From Sphagnum compactum (Eukaryota): DNA of 64,000 bases. Shown one piece after another: positions 26,154 through 39,900 of the stretch (positions are counted from its first letter, which is position 1; each line of letters starts with the position of its first letter). The notes beneath the pieces are model-generated. The model worked only from the letters and a program-made list of their open reading frames with translations, made no database searches and had not been told where the DNA came from. Both the position numbers and the translations under genes were made by a program. The stretch spans positions 3,782,001-3,846,000 of the forward strand of contig OZ234494.1 in the NCBI GenBank assembly GCA_965153455.1, given 5' to 3'.

Positions 26154-27991
26154 ATGAAAATAAATTTACAAAAAGTGCATGTTCAAAGAAAAAAATGGAA
26201 AAGGTATTGTGTTGGTCATTTTACATTTGTGAATGATAATAACATTGTTGATGGAAGCAAACCTCAGATCATGTTAAGGTGTATGATTTCTCATATTAAT
26301 TTTTTTTTAAAAATAAATTTAAAATGGAGAGGCATTATAACATATTACCAAAAAAACAACATAACAACTTTAAAAAAACATGTGGATGCTATGCTTGCAA
26401 AAGGATTTGAAGAAGAAATGAACTCTCCATCAAAACAACCTCCAAACAAAAGGCCAAATGTGTTTAAAATATCAGAGATTTTTTGTGCAAAAGATCCTTT
26501 TAAAAAGAATGTTGTGCAACAAAAGCAATTTTTGCAAAATCTTACTTTTTTGGTTATTGAAAATCATCTCCCTATTCAATTTGTTGAAAGCACTTGGTTG
26601 GAACGTCTTGTAATGCATTTATGTCCAAAAGTTGCATTTCCATCAAGAAAAATATTTTCACAAGAGATTTTGATTGATTTGGTGGAGAAGACGAAAGAAG
26701 AGTATGTTTTGCCTAAATTAAAACAATGTTATTTTGCAACAACTAGTTTTGACTTGTGGATGTCAAAGGGAGCACATGATGTTTTTGCTTTGGTGATTAA
26801 CTTTTTGAATGAAGAATGGTCACCTCAACATCTTACAATAAGATTGTTTGAAGAAAATGAAACTACAAGGCACGCTATGGCAAGAAATTTAACTAAATTG
26901 TTGGATCAATATGATTTAGGGGAAAAAATTATTGCATATGTTAAGGATGAAGGTGCAAATTTGAATGTCATTACAATAGTTCTAAAATATCTGGTGAAAT
27001 GTGAAGTTCTTGGTATGGAGGAGAGTTTCCAAGGCATTTGTTTTGGTCATGCATTTTCTAAAGCATGTTAATATGGGACAACAACAAAGCATGTTATTGC
27101 TTGTGTTCTAAACCAATCCAAAGATCATTGGCTATTAATGATGCCTTAAACAATGCCATCACAATGAGTTCCACATTAAAGGAAGACATTGGAATTGTAC
27201 AAACCTTAAACTAGTTTATGGATGATGATTCTGCAATTACTCTTGAATTATCTTTGTTTGCTTCTAACATTAAGAAAGAAGTTTGTGGTGTGTTTGATTC
27301 CTTCTTTTCATTTCTAAAAGAAATATGAAAAAAGAAAAGCTGATAACATGCTTTCATTGATGTTAGATTCACGATTTAAAAGTCTTCGTTAAGTATCTTC
27401 ATTTGTTGGTCATGAGCAAAACAGTTCTATTGTGGAAGAATATGACTAGAAGGAAACCTTTATAGCCTATGCTTTTGAAGTGTTTCATCACTTACATCAT
27501 GTGGTAGATTGTGATGTTGAATCTCCAAAGCACAAATTCTATGAAAATAGCAACTTGGATATTTTTTAAATGATTACCAACTCAAGTGAACCAATCACAA
27601 AAATAGTCAATAGAGAGCTCCTAATTTTTAAGAGATTTCAAGTGGATCTTAAGGAGATGAAATGCCCTTTGCAATGGTGGTAGAAGCATGAGTCCATGTT
27701 CCCCACTATTTGTTTTCTTGCTTGACAAATATTAAAAATTGTTGGATCACAAATAAAGATAGAAAAGATTTTTTCTTTAGCTAGCATACTCACTAACCTT
27801 AGAAAATGTCATTTACAATTAGAAACTTGGAAAAATTAAATTTTGTTAGCAAAAATTGGCCTAATGATGCAAGAGTTGGTTGCAAATCTCCTAGTGATTT
27901 AGTAGAGTTTATTGAGATGGATGAACAATTAGAAAAAGAGTTACAAGAAATTGAAGGTGAATTTGAACGAGATGAAATTCAAAATAAATAA
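26154..27991 (+). pseudogene. hAT transposase pseudogene (BED-finger remnant, DDE core, C-terminal dimerization domain)
   Basis: ORF 26154-27071 has TTSFDLWMSKG, YVKDEGANL and CFGHAFSKAC. Downstream frames have LMLDSRFKSL and PLQWW*KHESMFPT...QILKIVGSQIKIEKIFSLASILTNLRK, interrupted by stops and frameshifts. Confidence 0.9.
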
Positions 27992-30103
27992 TTTAACATT
28001 TTTTGCATTTGTTTCATGTTTTGCAAGTAATTTTGACTTTGAGTTTTTGTAAATTTTAATTAAATTTTCACATTAATTAAAAAATTTTAATTTTTTTAAA
28101 ATTTAATTTCAAAAACAAGCTTGTGAGAACCGTCACTGAAAACCAAGGCTAGTAATTTTTATGAGAATTGGCAAGATTGAAAACCATTGGGAATTATTTT
28201 TTCCAAAAAATTGAAACCCTTAAAAGTGATTTAAATCTTTTTTTTTTAATGAGAACCTTAAAAGTTCTTTGAAATGGTTGTCATAACCAGAATCTACGAT
28301 TTTCACAAAAAAGTGAGAGAACTGCCCAACACTGGTCACAACTATTGATAAAATCCTTCCAATTCTTACAAAGTACACATATTATCGATCATCTTTCTAG
28401 GAGGGATATTCACATATATATATAAGATGCTTTCCAAATATACTAGGAAATTCCTCTGAATGATTTACAACGAAGTTTCCTGAAATATATGGATTTCAAA
28501 CAAGGTTGATATTATTGTGCTTCAGATCCTTTACAAAGGACACAAAGGAACCACCCAACACAAGAAAGTAAGCACATTAAAGAGTCATCTTGTTATTTGT
28601 AGTTGTTGTTCCATGGTAATGTGTTCAATTAGGAATACCACCAACCACACAATCTACCATTGCTTAGTTGTGGGTTGATTATATATGTGTCATTTTCTTC
28701 AAAGGTTGTTGGACTATGAGTTTGGAAAATCTCCTTCCTGATTTTATTTCAAAGGGGGCCAGCTACATCCAAAAACTTAAGTTTAAGAATATAACATGTC
28801 TAGACATAACATGCCTTAAACTGCTTTAGGTCATCTTTCCCACCTAACTAACATAAGCCCCTCGAATGCACATCATTTTGTGGGGAAGCCACTACATGCA
28901 TGCCTTTGCCTAATCAGCTGCCCAGATTGCTTACTTGGGTCCAACCGGAAGTACCTTACACATGTGTCTATGTATGAACACATAAGTGTTGGGCCGTTGT
29001 TGTGGTTGTTTACTTTTATGAAGAACCTCGAGTAGCATTCTAAAAAATAAATTAGAACTCTCTCAGTTTAGGTTTAGGGTTTAAGTTAGTAACCTGGACT
29101 GGAATCGACGATTAACTGATGGTTAACTTCTAGTTAACCCCCGGCTTTAGTCACTTTCTTTTTCAAAAAACTTACTTAATTGCAATTCCCAACAAAATGT
29201 GAGGCACCAACAAAATGTGGTGATGTTCCTTTACACATCTGCCCAGAACCTTGTCTGCCCCCCTAACCCTGCCAAAAGCACCAAAAGTGTTCAATGTTGT
29301 GATGGGGCTGCATCTCTCTACTAAACCTCTCAATCCCAAAAAGGAAGGGAAGAGAGAAAAAGGTAGTGGAATAGTAGAGTGCTAAAGCCAGCTCTGAAGT
29401 CTCAATTTATCACACAATGTGGCAAGGAAATAGCAATGGAGTAGTAGGCCTAGTGTGATATTGATTTCACTTTTGTACCACACATTGACATGTTGACCAC
29501 CAAAAGATGCCTACATGTAGATGATGACATGAATCATCCCTAGCAAAGTCCAAAAGCCACAAAGAAAGATCTGGGAATACAACTATGTGCAGCATGGAAA
29601 TGAGAGAACTTACAACAACTCTAAACCTAAAGACTTTGATCTTAGTCCAAAGATAAATTTTGCCCTAACATCATGAAACTTGCATCTTCTCAAACTGGGT
29701 GCTTGAATTCATTGGTGTAGTATGTCACTTGAGAAAAAAAAACCCCCAAAATCAAAAGCAATCAATCGCATGCATTGAATTGTTTTTTGCAACTCCAGTT
29801 TTTCAATGTGAGCAAGTTCAAATAGAGTGGCGATATTGTACAAATCAACATCTATGATTGAAGCTTAATCTTTGGAGGATTGTCAATTTGATTATTTCAT
29901 GGTTAATCCACCCCCCAAAAAATACGTAGTGGACCGGGACATCCAACGGTCAGATCTTGATGCAACCACACCAGACATGCTAGGGCTTGAAATTCTGCAT
30001 AAATAGTGATAGTAGATCTAAATTTTGAACAGTGCCATCTCCCATTAGACAACCTTCTGAAACAAAACAATACAACAATTTGTCAGGGTCGTCAAAGGTC
30101 ACT

Positions 30104-30106
<3 letters not shown>

Positions 30107-30140
<34 letters not shown>

Positions 30141-30333
30141 TTGTGGCTAATCTTGAGAGGCCCCATTTGGGAAGTTGGTGTTCTTCCACGCCCAATAATA
30201 ATAATAACATGTGTAGAACTCCAAAAAAATCAGGGGAAAAAAAAAGCACCCATAAAGAAAAGTGAAACAAAATTTCTCATTGGGGTTAATGAATTCAAAG
30301 GGGGTGGTAAGGGGAAGGAGTCTTGTGGAAGGT

Positions 30334-30369
<36 letters not shown>

Positions 30370-30607
30370 TCATGAGCGAGTCAATGAAAAACGAACCATG
30401 ATCACCATGGGGCAGGTGGTGCTGGGTTGTCCGGCAGGTTTGGATGGTGACCCTTCTACCCCCAACCTCCCTTCGCTTGGGTGTCACCACTCATGAGTAT
30501 CATCATCATCATCATCACACACACACACACACACATCCCTTTCTCAGTAACTTGGAGAGAAAGGACAAGAAACCTTCCAACACATGAGAGAGAGAGAGAG
30601 AGAGAGA
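30107..30607. repeat. Microsatellite cluster: (GA)n x3, (ATC)n, (CA)n
   Basis: (GA)n at ~30107-30137, 30337-30366 and 30586-30607; (ATC)n(CA)n at ~30499-30534. Confidence 0.95.
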
Positions 30608-31002
30608 TGTCATCACAATCTCACTTGTCTTTCCCACCAACTCTCATTTTAGAAGAATCTCATCATAATCACCTGAGGAGACCTAACTTACCTCTTCTCC
30701 TTCTTCTTCTTTTGTTGTTGTTGTTTCCAATCTAACTAACAACTCTTTGCCTCCTGGTTTAGCCAAGTGTTATCTCCTCCTTCACAACCCACCCACCACT
30801 TGTACTCATTTATGCTATAACTCAAGGAAGTTAGACCCCACCCCCGCCCCCTTCGTTACAAACAATCACAATGTCACTTTCTTTCCCACCAACCCTCACT
30901 TTAGAAGATCATAATCACATCCAGCAAACATCACCTCGGGATGAGAATTTCTTAGGAAACTTTTTTTCCCCCGGGGCCAACTACAAGGGTGCTCATTTTG
31001 AC

Positions 31003-31538
31003 CAGTGTTGGCCAGTTATTGATTTTTTTCATAATTTATTGCTGGGTAGGGTTTTTTTTTTAATTTTATTTTCATTTAAATAATTTGAAATTGGGTGCCA
31101 GTTAGGTTATCAGTATTAATATCAAAAAAACATTAAGTGCCAATTAGGGTATCAATATTTTTGGGTAATAGCCATCAATTTTTATGCATAAGGGTTAGAT
31201 TCTCAAATAACCAGTCGATAACCCTTGGCTATCATGCCGGTTATTAGCCCATTATGGCATTGTTTTTACAAAGTTTTAAGAATTTTTTTTTGACAATTTC
31301 TGTTTTGGTTCTATCGTAAAATTGTAGTGTTTTGAGATTGATAACCTACCTGGATGATAACTAGGTCATCCAGGTAGGTTCTGGGTAGGTTTTTTTTAGG
31401 GTTTTGAAATTTCAATGCTAATCAGTCAGGTTATTAACCAGTTATCCAAAAATCAATAACCAGCTCGTAGGTTATCAAATAACCAGATTGATCACCGGGT
31501 TGATAACCAGGTCAAAACTCAATAACCGCCCAACACCG
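31003..31538. mobile_element. hAT-type MITE, immediately followed by a second related element starting at 31547
   Basis: TIRs CAGTGTTGGCCAGTTATTGA and TCAATAACCGCCCAACACCG, with many internal ATAACC/GGTTAT motifs. The flanks ATTTTGAC and GTCTAGAC match at only 5 of 8 positions. Confidence 0.75.
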
Positions 31539-32546
31539 GTCTAGACTAGTGATGGTGGTTCTTTGAAATTTTGAAAGAACTGACAAAGAACAGATGGTTC
31601 TCTGGCTGGTTCTTTGTCTTTTTCACACATTTGAGAATCGCGATTATATATCAAAACAGGTTCTTTGAATATTTTGAGAAACAATACGTAAGTGAGTATA
31701 TACTTGGGTTGAATAATACATCAAAACATTCAGATTTACATGCTCATGAGTATGTGTTTTATTAAGGCAAATTGATTTTAGGAAAATAATTTAAAATGAA
31801 CAATATACCTTATCGATACCCAAAGAATATATCCAGATAAAAGATATACTTGCATAACATTACTACTAACATTCTTCTTTACCCTCCATATCAACTAACA
31901 TCCCATGCTCATCAACCTATTTACTTACCTACCTTCATACCACCTATGTGCACTTACTCATTTGCTTAGCCTTCCTGAGTATGATCACCACTTTTTCATG
32001 TACATCTTCTTATGGACAATCACCACTTTGGCTTAAAAAAACAAAATTTCTTCAAAAACAAAACATCGATCCTCGCAGGAGATTCAACCCCAATTTTGCA
32101 TTTGCATAACATGTGCCTTGAATGCTGCTCATATTCTTCATTAAATCAAGCCTTGTCAAAATAAGATCCTGCAAATCTATCTTCTGAACTGATCCTCACT
32201 TTCATGAAAGGGTACCGAAATTAGCTCAATTTATTATGACTACACTCAAATTGGGGATGAAACTGGGATTACAGGGTCAAGACAGGGTGACTTTGCAGAT
32301 AACTTTGTTGACTTGCATGCAACTTTGAAAGTTGGAAAAGATGATGATGTGCCATGGAATTGACTCCTTGAAGAGCAGACACATTTATTATGGGCTTGAA
32401 AGTGGAGATGGGTATGTGAGTTACAGACTCCACTAGTTCTGATGCTGACAAGTTAGCAGCCAATGGAGGAAGAATCTGGGGAGGAAGAGATTTGGTACAG
32501 TAAGTTTGTGTACAAAAGGCCTGGAAGCTGGATATGGATCACAGAG

Positions 32547-32571
32547 AGGCAGGCAGGCAGGCAGGCAGGCA
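32547..32571. repeat. (AGGC)n tetranucleotide microsatellite
   Basis: Directly visible. Confidence 0.9.
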
Positions 32572-33058
32572 AGTAAGCAGGCATCCAAAAAGGCTTTGGC
32601 CAAAACCCATAGTTGAGAGCAGAAGCCAATTGCCCCACCTCTGAAGAAGCAGCAGCTCCTTGAGATTAACCTCAAGCAAATCTTGTGAAAATAACCCAAC
32701 AAATGTGATTCATAATCTGCACTTTGTCTGCCATGATTTTGTAGGCATTGTTAGCAGACATGATGCAGAGTGTGCTGTAGCATGAAGAGCTCAACCACAG
32801 CTCAAATCTACATCACATCAGTGCTTTTTCTAGGAGTTCTTTCATGTGCTCTAAGTGGCCATCATCATCCATAGCTTCAACATGCTGAGAAAAATGGCAA
32901 TCCTCCCTGGGAAGATTTAGTCAAATCTGGCATCAAACTAACTAGATATGAAGTACAAATCTTTAATTAACTTTCTACATTATTTATGGCTATGCACTGA
33001 ACACCAAATCTAGCAATCTTTACTACATTTTTTCTCCCTTCTAGTGATTGATTGAAAC

Positions 33059-33922
33059 CAGTGTTGTGTGGGTATGTATATCTTTTTACCTAGATATACC
33101 CATTGGTATGGATAGGGTATGATCATCATTCTAACTTATTGAAGCACATACATACCCATGGGATCAATAAATATATAATATTATAACCTATTCATAGCCC
33201 TGGAGATATGTAAGAAGTATCTATACTCAAAGGCAAAGAAATGTTTTGGCATCCATGTATGTAAAAACAATTAGGGTAACTATAACTTATTCCCTAAACT
33301 TTGTTAGTTTTATTAATTAGATGGGGTGCCTCTCAAAAAATAAAAAATTGTTTGCAATGAGTCATTTAGATTGGCCCATCACCAAAAACCCAAAACAAAA
33401 AACATAAATAAATAATCGAAGCTCTAGAATAGCCTCCAAATAGAAGTTTCTATGTGAAGGTCCCCCCTTGGCCCCATCCATGTAGGTGAGAAAGGGAAAA
33501 CTTTGAGCAAATCATAGGGGATGAAATAGAGATGTCAAAAGAAGATAAGGAGAACCCAAGCCTATGTGTTTGTGTATATTCATAGTCAAGGATGAATCGA
33601 ACATTTGATTCTTGCATTTTTGACATTGGATAATTTGGTTGTTAAAAGTTGTTTAATTTTTTTTGAAAATATGGACTTTTTTTTCTTTTCCTTTTTTTTT
33701 TGGAAAAAAGAATGCATACTCATTTTTTATCCCAAAATGGGGTATATGATAGGGATACCTAGACCTGACCAATCTAACAAAAAAACTTAATTTTTCTATG
33801 CATGGATACCTAATGGAGGCTTTTGAATGTTGATATACCCTTACTTAATGGGTTATATATATATATATACATACTTAGCCCAGGATATATCAAAAACAAC
33901 ATTCTCACACACAACAACATTG
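33059..33922. mobile_element. hAT-type non-autonomous element with perfect 8-bp TSD, nested in another repeat
   Basis: ATTGAAAC at 33051-33058 and 33923-33930. The ends are CAGTGTTGTGTG and CACACAACAACATTG. Confidence 0.85.
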
Positions 33923-36900
33923 ATTGAAACCCTCCAAAAGATTCACTTAAATTTCGATTTTTTAATTGTGTTTTTTCTTTTCGAAACCATATAAATTTTA
34001 TGACATATATAAAATGTCATCATAAAATTTCATATGGTTTCATAGTGTACTTCAACAGATGAATATGTTGAACTACCCACAAGTATGACAGGTCTCTACT
34101 CACCCTAATTAAGACATTCTTATGGATGACTTTGATACTTATACTATCAGTTAGATTCTACTGCTAGGCATTCATCCATTCCACATTACCAGCTTGGGTG
34201 ACTGGCCCTTGAGTTGGGTGTTCTGGATGTTAGCTGGGATGAGCCATCACACACTTCACAAGTTGCATATTAGGTGTGTGTTAACTTAAGGAACAAAATC
34301 AACCATAGCTTGAATCCACCTACTTTTTAAGTAAGTGAGTTCAAATCTTCTTTGCTACACAAATACATTTGTCCACTCAAAAGTTGGAGAAATCCCATTG
34401 CCTTGTCACCCAAGCTAACATTACACAAAAACAAAATCTTGGGTCACACCATCCATGTGTGGGACTAATGCCAACCAACCAACCGACATTCTCGTAAATT
34501 TGATTTTTTGTTTTCTTCTTTCCTCTTCACATTCATCCTTCCAAGTGTCTACATATCCCTCTAGTACCCTTCCAATAGTGAAATATAATTTGAGTTTCAA
34601 AGATCCATACCAATTAAAGTGAAGAAAATGAGTAAATGTGTGATCATAATAGCGAAATTTCCAATCGGTAGCTCAGGTCTAAGACTCGTATGCTACGGAA
34701 AAGGAAAACTTTTTGTCAAGGCACATTTGACATGACTAGTCAATTGCTTCAATTTGACGGTATTTTCATCCAACTCATACAATTCATCTATGCCCCAAAT
34801 TACCAAATAACAAAATAAACTTGTTTTCATCCAAGTAGACTTATTTTGGAATTATTCTAAAGTATTTGACTCAATTTATTTGGCTTAACATTAGCCATTT
34901 TCAAAAAAAGTGTGGAAGTCATAAGTTACAAAGAAAAATTATTATCCTTTGAAAACATATAGCCTTTCAACATATTTACAAGCAACCCAATGACTAAATT
35001 GGAAATATCAAATCATCCTTACCAAGTTACTTTCATTTTCACTATGATTTCATTATGAATTTTTTCCCCTATCAATATTGACCTCTTGTCCATGTTGCCT
35101 ATCTATGGTGTACATGTTGAATTTCATTTTACTGAAAAGTATGTACCTTACATTGAAAATAAACCCAAATTTTGCTACATTCCCAAATGAGCAAAAAGCT
35201 ACAAAGATGAATTAAAAGCATGGCAATACCTTGAGTGGTGGTAGGGTGAAGAGAATTTACATGATCACCCTTGATCCATGGAACTTGGGCTCAAAGTTCT
35301 TTCAATTCCTACTCCTCCTTGTTTGAATGGTTGGATTAGTGAAATGAATTGGAAACTCAACCAAATTATCAATCTTGGATCAAATACATATAGTAAGTGT
35401 CATCTAAAATAGCTAGAAACATGTTGCAAACTGTGAAAAGAAAACAATACAATTCTTTTTGCATTGTTGAACTCAACCCTTATCCTTTTTTGTTCTCCTC
35501 TCTAAAACATTTGTGTTATATATTTCACTCAAGCAAGCTTCAAAGGTTAAAAACGCACAAGTTAATACCTTTTATGCATAGAATGTTTATAAAAATGAAA
35601 CATAAATAGTAAAAGCTTTCATTGCACGTGTTAGCTTGAAGTTCTTAACCTTATCAAGATGCAAGGGAATGCATATCATTACAAAAGTTGATGGAATCAA
35701 AAGTGTGCCTTTGTTCCTTATGGCTCAAAGAGGAGGGTTACAAACTTCAAAATAAATTAACTTTTGACATGCCAAAACTTAAGTCCATGTGGCAATGTGT
35801 CATATCATCTGGCATGTTAAGTTTACAAGATTGGTTTTAGATTTAGACCTTCATTCTTTTTTATCCATGTTTTCAAGAAACAATAACAACATCAAAAAAA
35901 ACTTCTTACAATTATGATATTATGATGAGCTTATTTTATTTGTTGAAAATAACTATCAAATTTACAAGTAGAAAACTAGAACCCAAATGCCTCAAGAAGG
36001 ATTAGTATGTATTATAGACTCTACCAATAACTAATGATAAATTAGACATAGGTAAGGGTGGTGAGTCCACAACAAAAGCAAGCAAAAGAAAAGCCATTGC
36101 AATCACCATTAGTCAATTTATTGACAAAGGATGCTTACATTTTTGGAAAGGCAATAGAATTAGTTGCAATAGAATATATTTAAATTTAAAACTTAACTTG
36201 TGGGTGATCACAAGTTGCAATGAACCAAAAACAACCTTTGAAAACATCACCCAAAATCCATTTCCTTTGTATTTTTCTAAGCATGGGATGAAGTAAGAAA
36301 ATAGCAACAATTCGTTAATTTCAATTTTTTATTCATTTATCATTAACCCCGCCTAAAAATAAATTTTTTATACATGTGTGCATAAACTCAACATAAAATG
36401 AATTATTTTTCATATAATTGATATGGAATGTTTTTTAAACCCATGTTTTTAACACTAATAGGAAAAAAAAAATCATTAAAAATAACTTACAATTTACATG
36501 CTTCAAAAAAATTTAAACTTTATTTTATTGATATATTTTCTAATTAAAATTGAGTCCTTAACAATCATACTATCAATCATTGGACCATTTCAAAGTCTAT
36601 ATGTGAAACTTATTGTCCTAAGTGAAAGTTCATGAGTTTGACTTTAAAATTCCATAGAACTTTCAATTTTGTAAGTTATGCATAGCAACCACTTACAACA
36701 TATATTTACCCAAGTTGATAATTTGAAATTAAATGTTTATTGAAAAAACTTAAAATATAAAATATAAATTAACCATTACATTTATTCTCACCTCATAAAA
36801 ATTACCATTGCAATACAAAAAGTGCTCCACCATAGCGTACATTCACCCTCGATGGAATATCCACAATTTTCATATGTGTTGTGATTGATCAAAGTGATTT

Positions 36901-39900
36901 TGCTAACATAATGGCAAGTTTTTGAGAAAGAAAAAATTTATAATAACCCACCAAATATGATTTAGTTGGGTTGCTTATCCAAAAGATTATAAACTTACAT
37001 TTCATTGGGTACATTACCTCAAATTTCTACCTAGAAATAAGTTCATGTTTAATAATGAAACAAAATAAACAATTCACATATGTATGTTTTCAAATCAATA
37101 TATATCTTTTATTAAATCAAAATACAATATCATCCAGGTGCTAAATTTTGACATTTATTTAAAATCTTGTTTCATCCATGTTGTCAATTACATTCCAATT
37201 CCCCCATCCTTTTCCTTATGAAGGTCACTTTCATTTAATTCCAAACAATGTGCAAAAAAAATAAGATGCAACTTATTGAAATAATATAATACTAATATAA
37301 TATAAAAAGGTGTTTATATCAGGAAATGTTTTTGTGGTGGTAGACATTATCATGTAGACAAGAATAGTACGGTGTAGAAGAAAGGGGATACTTGCCATAA
37401 TGGGTGGTATGGTCCCCATGGATATACCATCCTTGATGACCATATGATGGTTTTCCCATAGGTCTTGTATACGGTTAATGTTAGCAATTTGCTTTTCAAA
37501 CTAGAAATTGGATTTGAAAGCATTTGATGGTCCATCATTGAAGGTCTATTTCCTCCTCCATTGGTTTGATGTCTTTCTCGATGACCCTTCTTCTTGGAGA
37601 ACCTGATGGTAGTCTTTGACCTAAAAGGACCAAATGGTGGTTCCCAATTGGAAAACTAGATGGTTAGAATCGCTTGTTCCAGTTCCAGTTAGTAAAAATT
37701 GAATTGGAATCAAGTCTGATTTTTGGAACCAGTTTTAGAATTGGGATCAGAACTAGATTATTCTAAGAACTAGACTCCCAGTTGTACTTATATGCAAATT
37801 TAAAACTAGAACCAGAACTAATTGTTGTTTGCCATAGAAAATCTTAACTGCATGGCTCAGTTCAGTTTGCAACAAATCTTCGCGGGACTTAGGTCTGGCA
37901 TCATCCATCATTGAGGAAAGGTAATGACTAATGACAATCTTGTAACTGATGATTTGCTTGTCCACATAGTTGACAAACTTGAAGTGGAAATTGTACAAAC
38001 GTTCCTCAAGTACCCGCGACATAGTAAGAGAAGTTGTTCCTCCTCTTCATCCCCACAAGATCCATCATATACGTTGGAAAAGATCATGGAACAAGAAGAC
38101 ATCGCCGAGTGTATCTTCCTGTTGTGCGTAGTTTTGGGATAGCACTTGCATATGCACAGATGCTACCTCCTGGGTTGGCAACACCCTATGAAGCCTCGGG
38201 TATTGTTTGATCCAAGCTGTTGTAGAGCGCTAGATAACAGGCTGCCCAGATGGCCTGTTCTCTGACCTCGGAGAAAAGTGAACTCCCCAGGAGAACGATA
38301 ATTGGTGGAATGTGCCAGAATCCACTGGCTACATGATTTTGGCAATTGGAGCCAATTCTCCATAATCAATTAGTCGTTTACAATGAGTAATATGACCGAC
38401 CCTCTTGCCTTTATCTTGAAATCAATTGCGTTTGCACAGCTGGCAACTTCAGCGAATTTGGGTGCCTTGGAGTTGGGTGAACGAGCACCTATAAAAGTAC
38501 CACGGTAAAAAAAATAAATTGCAATTTTTTTTCTCTAAACATTATAATATTAGCTTCTAGGACACAAAATCAGTAAGCCCGAGTCCAAATATAGCCACTA
38601 GAAGGCCTCACTCAAGAAGGTTGCAGTACTAGTGGACATGCTGGTTTACCATGACCCCTTAGCTCCCCTCCAAGAATCTACTTGTACTAACTTGCTGTAA
38701 TTTCCAGCTTCATAAAACTGTACAATCTACTTTCAGCTGTGTACTGCCCAATAGAGATGAAAATTGTTTTTGGTCTCCTACTATGTCTATAGGCTACAAG
38801 TCCTTGAGGCCCAGTGTTTTTTTTCCCAATTTTTCAATGTAGTATCATTAAATAACAAGCATCCCAATAAAGATTAACTGGTGAAAACTGCCCTCAAACT
38901 TAAGTCTTAGTCAAAATTTGATGAAATTTTCTCCAAAATTGTTTCTTTTGAAAAGTTGGAGAAGTTCTTCTTTAGAAAAACGCAAGGAATTTGTGACAAA
39001 ATATTCCTATTTCACTTTTTCTGTTGTCAAGATGCGAAAGTTTGCCATCAAAAACAATATAAAAACATACTGGTTCTAGCCATATTTACTATCAACTCTC
39101 GAGAATTCAAAGGTAACGAAGATTGGATTATTTTGATTAAAAACATGCACCAGATGTAATGCAAACCTTTCATGTCACTTCACAATGCATGTTGTGTCAA
39201 TGATGTCCAAATCACAATGCATGTCTTAAAGGCTTTTCTGCTGAGCCATGGTCATTGGTGTGGTGGATTGAACTCAGAACAAGTAAGTAACCACCAGGTG
39301 AGAGGAGACGGGTTCCTAGACTCTAGGACACTGTTAAGGACCTATTTATCTCACCATTTTTCTCAGGTCTTGTCAATGCACAGTCCTTGCACAGTACATC
39401 CACGTACTGCACCCAACAGATGGACCTTACTAGATCTTGGCTACCAAGCCTTAGTTGTAATGTGAGTCGTCCTTGCTGGATTTTACATACATACTTGAGC
39501 TTTTTTTTAATGCAAAACGTTAAACACCCCCCTATCGAGCTCTATCCAGCGCACTGTCTAGGCAATTGTGCAATCGATGCCTGTTTTGTCCTGTGCAGAC
39601 TTGACTGATGTTCTGCAAAAGAAGAAAATGAATAAAAAAGAAAAACCTTATTACCGTAGATGTTGGAATGTAAGGTAGACTTTATAAGATCTAAAATAAT
39701 AACCCATTTTTAATTTTATTTAAAGAATAAAAGTGGGCATTTCAAAAAAAACATAACAAGCTCGGAAGGGCACTACGTGTTGTTTGAAATGCCCGGCCTT
39801 CATGGAGGAAATATTTTTGGTGCAGTAAGGCACCATCCACCCACACCACAAAAAAACTTCAACAAGGTCTTTAGTCTTTACATCTGGCAGAAGTAAAGCA

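Larger units (their letters stand above)
24763..28334 (+). mobile_element. Full-length defective hAT DNA transposon (~3.57 kb)
   Basis: The left end CAATGTTGAGCGGTTTTCATTTTTTCAATGAAAAT matches the reverse complement of the right end (CAGTGTTGGGCAGTTCTCTCACTTTTTTGTGAAAAT). The flanking 8-mers GTTACAAA (24755-24762) and GTCACAAC (28335-28342) match at 6 of 8 positions. A transposase remnant lies inside. Confidence 0.88.

Noticed and set aside
29980..30735. ORFs with ERERER/HTHTH runs
   Set aside because: Translations of (GA)n and (CA)n microsatellites.
32270..32900. Possible conserved MIRNA locus in a non-repetitive, moderately GC-rich block
   Set aside because: By eye I found no match to deeply conserved plant miRNAs and no clear long hairpin.
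34680..37100. Possible decayed transposase
   Set aside because: Too degraded; no catalytic motif could be read.
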